Shown here: positions 58,332 to 64,000 of the stretch, in pieces
Numbering within the stretch: the stretch's first letter is position 1
How the letters are laid out: each line of letters begins with the position of its first letter
Origin: Acidobacteriota bacterium
GTDB lineage: Bacteria; Acidobacteriota; CAIWXX01
Assembly (NCBI GenBank): GCA_040755995.1
Contig: JBFMAF010000023.1
Coordinates: forward strand, 32,001-96,000
Length of the DNA stretch: 64,000 bases
Direction: 5' to 3'
Made by a program: the position numbers and the translations under genes
The notes under the pieces: model-generated
What the model was told of the DNA's origin: nothing
What the model saw: the letters and a program-made list of their open reading frames with translations, nothing else
Databases searched by the model: none

Positions 58332-58850
58332 TGATCTCCTGCGCGTCGGCGGTGATCGAGCGGTGCGTGCTACGCTCGCCGGGCCGCGCTGTGTAAGGCA
58401 GATCGCTGGTCTCGAGCGACAAGAGCCATCGGACCTCCGCGCCGGCGAGCTCCACGAACCCGCCCATGCGCCGCCGCTCGCGCAGGTGCACCTCGGAACG
58501 CTGCATCGGACCGAAGAGCCAGATAAGCAGATCGAAGAAGTGGATACCGATGTTGGTGGCTATGCCGCCCGAGCGTTCCTCGATCCCCTTCCACGACATG
58601 TCGTACCATCGCCCGCGGCTTGTGACATATGTGAGCACGACCTGGCGTCGGGTGCTGCGCGTCTCGGCGTCGAGTTTCTGCTTGAGCTCGATGAGCGCGG
58701 GATGGACGCGGAGTTGCAGCACCGTGTAGACGCGCCGGCCCGACTCGGGTTCGATCTGCTCGATCGCATCCAGGTTCCACGGGTTGATGACGAGTGGCTT
58801 CTCGCAGAGCGCGTGTGCGCCGTTGCGCAGCGCCATGCGCCCTATCGATT
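58332..58850 (-). pseudogene. Second WbpB/WlbA-like oxidoreductase fragment, truncated at both ends
   Basis: MALRNGAHALCEKPLVINPWNLD...RSITADAQEI, cut at element R11. Confidence 0.85.
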
Positions 58851-59008
58851 TGCATGTCGCAGGGGCAGTTCGACCGGGCGTGGGGGTGAGGGAGGCGTGA
58901 GGGATCGACTTGGCTACAGGGGGGCTGAGGGCAGGTAGGATCTTCGGCGTGGGCGTGAAGCGGGATGCGGGGGATAGTGGAGGGGTTTGAGGTGGAAGTC
59001 CGAACGGC

Positions 59009-60181
59009 TCAGGTTCGCAGACGATCGAGCCGGCGGCAGGCCTCCTCGAGGTCGGCGTCCTCTTTGGCGTAGCAGAAGCGGAGCAGGTTCTCGCCGGCAC
59101 CGTCGTGGTAGAAGGCCTCCCCAGGGACGCTGGCGACGCCCGTCTCTTCCAACAGGAACATGGCCTTCTGCTTGCTGGTGCGCCCTGGGAGATACGATGC
59201 ATCAGCGAGGATGTAATACGCCCCTTGCGGAAGCGGGAACTGAAATCCCGCGTGATGCAACGCATCGCTGATACGCATTCGCTTCCGGTCGAAGGCCCGC
59301 TGGAGCTCAGCATAATAATCGGGAGAGACCCCCGCTATGCCCGCTGCCACACCCGCCTGCAGGGGGGCGGGTGCACAGATATAGATCAGATCGTTGACGT
59401 GCCCGATCCGCTCGGCCCAGCGCGCGGAGCAGACGCAGTAGCCGACGCGCCAACCCGTGATGCTGTAGGTCTTCGAGTAGCCCGAGATCGTGATCGTGCG
59501 TTCAGCGATCTCGGGAAGCGCGCCTGGGCTGATGTGGCTTCGCCCATCGTACACGAAGTACTCGTATATCTCGTCTGTGAGCACGAACAGGTCATGCTTT
59601 AGGGCGGTATCGGCAATCCCGCGCAGTTCTTCCTGCGTGTACACCTTGCCCGTGGGATTGCCGGGCGTATTGAGGAGGATCGCCTTCGTGCGCGGCCCGA
59701 CGGCTCGCTCCAGGTCTTCGAGTGAGTAGTCCCAGTCAGGTGGTCGCATTGAGACGAATCTTGGCACTGCATCCACGGCGAGCAGAGTGCTGAGGTGATA
59801 TCCGTAGTATGGCTCGAACAGGATAACCTCATCGCCCGGGTCGAGAAGGGCCATACACGCGCAGTAGAGCGCCCCAGTGGACCCGGCGCTCACGACGACT
59901 TCAGTTTCGGGATCTGCTGTGATGCCGTTGTATTCGAGCATCTTCCGTGCGATGGCCTCTCGAAGTACCGCCAGCCCGTCGTGTCTCGTGTAGGAGTTGA
60001 CTCCCTGCTTCATCGCTTGCCACGCCCCGTCAATAACCGGTTCAGGCACGGCCATGTCGCAGACGCCTTGGGCGAGATTGACGCCTCCAACCTTCGCGCA
60101 CTCGACCGTCATCGTCCGGATCTCCGCCTTCGCGATGCATTCCGATCGGCCGCTGAGCGAGAGTTTCGGTGCCGACATCAA
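59009..60181 (-). CDS. PLP-dependent aminotransferase class I/II
   Basis: NLAQG, NTPGNPTGK, DEIYE, SKTYSITGWRVGY. Confidence 0.93.
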   Translation of the reverse strand: MMSAPKLSLSGRSECIAKAEIRTMTVECAKVGGVNLAQGVCDMAVPEPVIDGAWQAMKQGVNSYTRHDGLAVLREAIARKMLEYNGITADPETEVVVSAGSTGALYCACMALLDPGDEVILFEPYYGYHLSTLLAVDAVPRFVSMRPPDWDYSLEDLERAVGPRTKAILLNTPGNPTGKVYTQEELRGIADTALKHDLFVLTDEIYEYFVYDGRSHISPGALPEIAERTITISGYSKTYSITGWRVGYCVCSARWAERIGHVNDLIYICAPAPLQAGVAAGIAGVSPDYYAELQRAFDRKRMRISDALHHAGFQFPLPQGAYYILADASYLPGRTSKQKAMFLLEETGVASVPGEAFYHDGAGENLLRFCYAKEDADLEEACRRLDRLRT

Positions 60182-61173
60182 GACTCACGCGCAGGACATG
60201 CGATAAGCGCTTCGACTGCGTTCACAATATCTCCGGATCCGGGATAGTACGCGGCTTCCAGGGTCCGACTTGCGGGAGCCGGCAGGTCGGGCAGCGCAAG
60301 GCGTCTCACTGGTGCCTTCAGCTGAACCCAGCATGTCTCCGCAACATGGGCGGCGACCTCGGCGCCGAAGCCTCCTGTCCGCCAGCCGACGTCGCAGACC
60401 AGGGCCCTGCCAGTTCTCTCCACGGACGCAGCAACGCATGGAGCATCCCATGGCTTGAGCGACCGGAGATCGATCACTTCGCACGAAATGCCGTTCTCTT
60501 GCAAACAAGATGCGGCTTCGAGGGCCTTGGGTGCGAGGTATGAGAATGCCACGATCGTGGCGTCCTTCCCGCTACGGCGGACCACTGCCTCACCGATCGT
60601 CACCTCGTATGTTGCTTCCGGGACGTCCTCCTCCAGACCATAGAGCCATCTGTCGTCGACGAAGAGCACAGGGTCCTCATCGCGTATCGCTGCCACCATC
60701 AGCCCCTTGGCGTCGCACGGGGTGGAAGGCGCGACGACCTTTAGCCCGGGAACGTGTGCGAAGAGTGAGTGCAGTGCCTGCGAATGCTGGGCCGCCTGCT
60801 CGCCGCCTCTGTTGATGATTCCCCAGAAAACGACGGGGACCCTAGCGGACCCTCCACTCATGTATCGCCAGTTTGCTGCCTGGTTGATGATCGGGTCCAT
60901 CGCGTACAACATGAAGTCCATTCGTGGATGGACCACAACAGGCCTGAGGGCGGCCATGGCGGCTCCAACGCCCAGCCCTGTTACCGCGTTCTCAGAGACC
61001 GGGGTGTCGAATACGCGCCTGTCCCCAAACTCCTCAAGCAGCCCCTTGCAGGTGTTCCCCACATACCACGGGCTCTTCACGCCCTGGCCGATCACCACCA
61101 CGGAAGGGTCTTCCATCATAGCCTGCCGGAGGGCTTCGTTGATGGCCAAGCTGAATGTGAGTTTACGGCTCAT
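60178..61173 (-). CDS. 2-oxoacid dehydrogenase E1 beta-like (TPP enzyme subunit)
   Basis: RVFDTPVSE, AAQHSQ, PGLKVVAPSTP.DAKGL, EVIDLRSLKP. Confidence 0.92.
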   Translation of the reverse strand: MSRKLTFSLAINEALRQAMMEDPSVVVIGQGVKSPWYVGNTCKGLLEEFGDRRVFDTPVSENAVTGLGVGAAMAALRPVVVHPRMDFMLYAMDPIINQAANWRYMSGGSARVPVVFWGIINRGGEQAAQHSQALHSLFAHVPGLKVVAPSTPCDAKGLMVAAIRDEDPVLFVDDRWLYGLEEDVPEATYEVTIGEAVVRRSGKDATIVAFSYLAPKALEAASCLQENGISCEVIDLRSLKPWDAPCVAASVERTGRALVCDVGWRTGGFGAEVAAHVAETCWVQLKAPVRRLALPDLPAPASRTLEAAYYPGSGDIVNAVEALIACPARES

Positions 61174-62188
61174 GGGTCAAATTCGCGTGGAGGCAGCCAG
61201 GGGCTGGAAAGCAAGATTCTCTCGCGAATGCCACGGCCTCCTCAATCTCCTCCTGCACCAATCCCCTCACCCTTTCCAGATCGCCGTTATCCACCAAGCC
61301 CTGTGACAATAGCACCCGCTCGAGGCGCAGGATGGGGTCTCGCTCCTTCCAGGCCGCCAGCTCCGAGGCAGGGCGTATGTCTGTCCGGTTACCCTGTACA
61401 TTGTCGTCTGGGCCGACGTGACCGCGCAAGCGGTAGGTCAAGCACTCAAGGAACGATGGGCCGGCGCCGGAACGGCACCTCGACACCGCCTCCCTGGCTG
61501 CCTCGTGAACCGCCAGAACGTCGTTTCCATCAACCCTGGAGGCCCGTACGCCAAGGGGTTCGGCGCTCTTGTATATTTCCTCGGACACCCGGCATTCGCG
61601 GATGGGCAGGTGGGTGGAGTATAGGTTGTTCTCGCACACGAATAGGACCGGCAGGCGACGGAGCGCGGCGATGTTCATGGACTCGTACAGGACGCCCTCG
61701 CCGGCGGCCCCGTCGCCGAAGAATGCCACGGCAATTCTTTCCTCGCTCCGCACCCAGGAGGCATAGGCAGCGCCGACTGCAAGAGCGATAGTGCCGGCCA
61801 CGATCGGAGCGGCCCCGAGCATCCCGGCTTCGGGTGCGATCACATGCATTGACCCTCCGCGCCCCCGTGCACAGCCAGTTTCTCGGCAGTAGATCTCTGC
61901 CACCAATCGCCGCAGGTCTCCTCCCTTGGCAATGTAGTGCCCATGGGACCTGTGAGTACCGAACACGTAGTCGCGAGGCGAGAGGTTGGCGCAGACACCG
62001 GTGGCCACAGCCTCCTGTCCCGAACAGAGATGGACGGGGCACCTGATCTCACCGGCTGCTATCGGCGCGACGAAGCCTTCCTCGCAGAGCCGAATCCGGA
62101 GCATCGTGGTGTAGAAGCCGAGCAGGGTCTGTTTGTCACGGTGGCGTATGGGCCTGGACACCTTCGGTTCCTGCTCGTGAGCTCTCAT
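61163..62188 (-). CDS. 2-oxoacid dehydrogenase E1 alpha-like (TPP enzyme subunit)
   Basis: HLCSGQEA, THRSHGH, GRGGSMH, FFGDGA...CENN, TYRLRGH. Confidence 0.92.
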   Translation of the reverse strand: MRAHEQEPKVSRPIRHRDKQTLLGFYTTMLRIRLCEEGFVAPIAAGEIRCPVHLCSGQEAVATGVCANLSPRDYVFGTHRSHGHYIAKGGDLRRLVAEIYCRETGCARGRGGSMHVIAPEAGMLGAAPIVAGTIALAVGAAYASWVRSEERIAVAFFGDGAAGEGVLYESMNIAALRRLPVLFVCENNLYSTHLPIRECRVSEEIYKSAEPLGVRASRVDGNDVLAVHEAAREAVSRCRSGAGPSFLECLTYRLRGHVGPDDNVQGNRTDIRPASELAAWKERDPILRLERVLLSQGLVDNGDLERVRGLVQEEIEEAVAFARESCFPAPGCLHANLTHEP

Positions 62189-63294
62189 CTGAGCCCGTAG
62201 AAGGAGCGAACGATCTGGATGACGTAGTCGACCTCTTCGTCCTCCAGCTCAGGGTACATTGGCAACGAGCATACCTCTCGGCTAAGGGCCTCTGTCTCGG
62301 GGAAGCCTTTGTCCTCGAGCCGAAGCGCCTCGTGCTTGTAGTACGGTTTCCTGAACTGGGTCAGCACCTCCACGCCGTGCGCCTTGAGGTAGTCCGAGAA
62401 CTCGTCACCCTGCCTGGCGCGCACGGTGTAGTTCTGGTACACGTGGTCGAACCCGGGCCGGTCGTAGTGGGGCAGCAGAAGGTCGGGGATGTCAGAGAGG
62501 GCCGCTCTGTAGCACTCCGCGATCTGCTTCCGGCGTTGAATCCATGCGGGGAGATGGCGAAGCTTCACGTCGAGGAACGCGGCCTGCAGATTATCGAGGA
62601 GGCACGTGAACCCGTGCCCGTGGTACTCGCCCGTGTCGCGATCCTCGCCGTTGTATCGCATCCTTCTAGCAAACAGGGCAACGTCTGGGTCGTCCGTAGT
62701 GATCGCGCCTCCATCTCCGTAGCCGCCAAGGATCTTGAACGGGTAGAAGCTCCAGCATCCGGTGAGGCCCCAGGCACCAGCCTTCCTGCCGTCGATGGTT
62801 GATCCAAGGCTCTGGCAGGCATCCTCGACGACCACCAGATTGTGCTTCTCGGCGATCTTCATGACGCGCGGCATGTCAGCCATGAGACCACTAAGGTGCA
62901 CCGGGATGATCCCGCGTGTGCGCGCAGAGATCGCCCCGTCGACGAGGTCGCAATCGATGTTGAAGTCCTTCCCCACGTCGACCAAGACAGGAGTGGCGCC
63001 AGCGTTGACCACGGCCGAGCACGTCGCCACAAAGGTGTGTGCGGGCACGACGACCTCGTCCCCCGGGCCTATGCCCGCGGCACGAAGGGACATGTGCAGC
63101 GCGTCATATCCGCTGTTTAGGCCGACCGCATACCTCGTGCCGACGAACTTGGCGAGGTTCTCCTCGAACTGCCGCAGGTGTCTGCGGTCGATGAGCTCGC
63201 CGTTAGACATGACGTCGATATAGGCGGCATCAATCTCGGGTTTGATTCTCTGATAAGCCCGGGGCGGGTGTATGAAGCGTACGCGATATGCCAT
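62185..63294 (-). CDS. DegT/DnrJ/EryC1/StrS sugar aminotransferase
   Basis: NSGYDAL, PVHLSG, EDACQ, SFYPFKILGGYGDGG. Confidence 0.93.
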   Translation of the reverse strand: MAYRVRFIHPPRAYQRIKPEIDAAYIDVMSNGELIDRRHLRQFEENLAKFVGTRYAVGLNSGYDALHMSLRAAGIGPGDEVVVPAHTFVATCSAVVNAGATPVLVDVGKDFNIDCDLVDGAISARTRGIIPVHLSGLMADMPRVMKIAEKHNLVVVEDACQSLGSTIDGRKAGAWGLTGCWSFYPFKILGGYGDGGAITTDDPDVALFARRMRYNGEDRDTGEYHGHGFTCLLDNLQAAFLDVKLRHLPAWIQRRKQIAECYRAALSDIPDLLLPHYDRPGFDHVYQNYTVRARQGDEFSDYLKAHGVEVLTQFRKPYYKHEALRLEDKGFPETEALSREVCSLPMYPELEDEEVDYVIQIVRSFYGLR

Positions 63295-63347
63295 CTTCGG
63301 GACCCTCTGCCGAGTAACCGACTACCGGTGCTTCTTCTCTCGCTTCG

Positions 63348-63980
63348 TTAAGGACGGCCGAATGGCTCGAGGTCCATTGGCATCCAGTCCTTGCGCAGGA
63401 GTCTGAGGAAGGTGTAGCAGATGATCCTCAAGTCTGTCCGTAAGGAGTGCTCCTCGAGATACTTCAACTGGAGCCGTAGCTTGGTCGGCTGGATACGCGC
63501 CTTGTAGACTTGGTGAGCATCTGCGGCACAGGCAAGGACGGCACCTTCATCCGAGTTCCAAATGGATGCCCAATCGGTGATTCCTGGCCGGAGGTCCAGT
63601 ATTCTTCGCTGCTCTTCAGTATACAGGTCCACCTCGGAAAGAACCTCAGGCCGAGGTCCGACGAGGCTCATCTGGCCGAGGAGGACGTTGAAGAGCTGGG
63701 GCAGCTCGTCGAGCTTGTACCGGCGCATGAACGCGCCGACCCGGGTGACTCTGGGGTCGTCCCCCGCTGTAGAAGGCCCTCCGACCCTTTCGGCGCCCAC
63801 AACCATCGACCTGAACTTCATGACAAGGAAGGGCCGCCCCCATCTCCCCGCCCGCAGTCCTCGGTAGATGATTGGACCACGCGAGCTGAACCGGACCCAA
63901 AGGGCAAGGCCGGCGATCAGAGGCAGGAGCGCGATGAGCCCAAACAAGGAGACGGTGATATCGAAGGTGCGCTTCACCAC
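63348..63980 (-). CDS. Sugar transferase (initiating phosphoglycosyl transferase)
   Basis: [47 protein letters not shown]. Confidence 0.95.
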   Translation of the reverse strand: MVKRTFDITVSLFGLIALLPLIAGLALWVRFSSRGPIIYRGLRAGRWGRPFLVMKFRSMVVGAERVGGPSTAGDDPRVTRVGAFMRRYKLDELPQLFNVLLGQMSLVGPRPEVLSEVDLYTEEQRRILDLRPGITDWASIWNSDEGAVLACAADAHQVYKARIQPTKLRLQLKYLEEHSLRTDLRIICYTFLRLLRKDWMPMDLEPFGRP

Positions 63981-64000
63981 CAGGCGATGCCTCCTCGTGG

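Noticed and set aside
58228..59313. 361-aa ORF as an intact oxidoreductase
   Set aside because: Only the middle part is WbpB-like; the N-terminus is an alternate frame of the aminotransferase and the C-terminus is translated repeat

Overview
GC-rich bacterial genomic DNA. An Acidobacteriota-like or similar lineage is my guess from gene content only. Four blocks are visible. (1) 1-26.9 kb is an accessory secretome/signalling island with nhaB and a Kef-type antiporter, two Ser/Thr kinase-TPR genes and an ECF sigma factor of the kinase-associated type. It also holds many signal-peptide proteins (SBBP/BNR propellers, an FGE-sulfatase domain protein). Several share a very basic C-terminal IPT/TIG or CARDB-like domain, and several have a shared upstream motif TG(G/T)CG(G/C)-N14-TGTCGTT. 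Short gene fragments are scattered between them. (2) 27-40 kb is mostly housekeeping: yggS-yggT-divIVA-epimerase-DegT, PilZ, an MBL hydrolase, a GT4, and thiolase plus FadB/J. (3) 44-58.4 kb is a cassette-like array. About 11 co-oriented palindromic elements built from 7-nt AGACGnn repeats around a GTG(A/C)GCTGC core usually sit directly behind a whole or remnant AAA-ATPase/PD-(D/E)XK gene and are followed by convergent cargo, including at least 5 toxin-antitoxin modules. The array interrupts a surface-polysaccharide operon. (4) 58.4-64 kb is that operon: sugar transferase, DegT, stand-alone E1 alpha/beta, aminotransferase and wbpB fragments. No rRNA, tRNA, CRISPR array, integrase or reverse transcriptase was recognised. 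All calls are by-eye motif recognition; no database searches were run.
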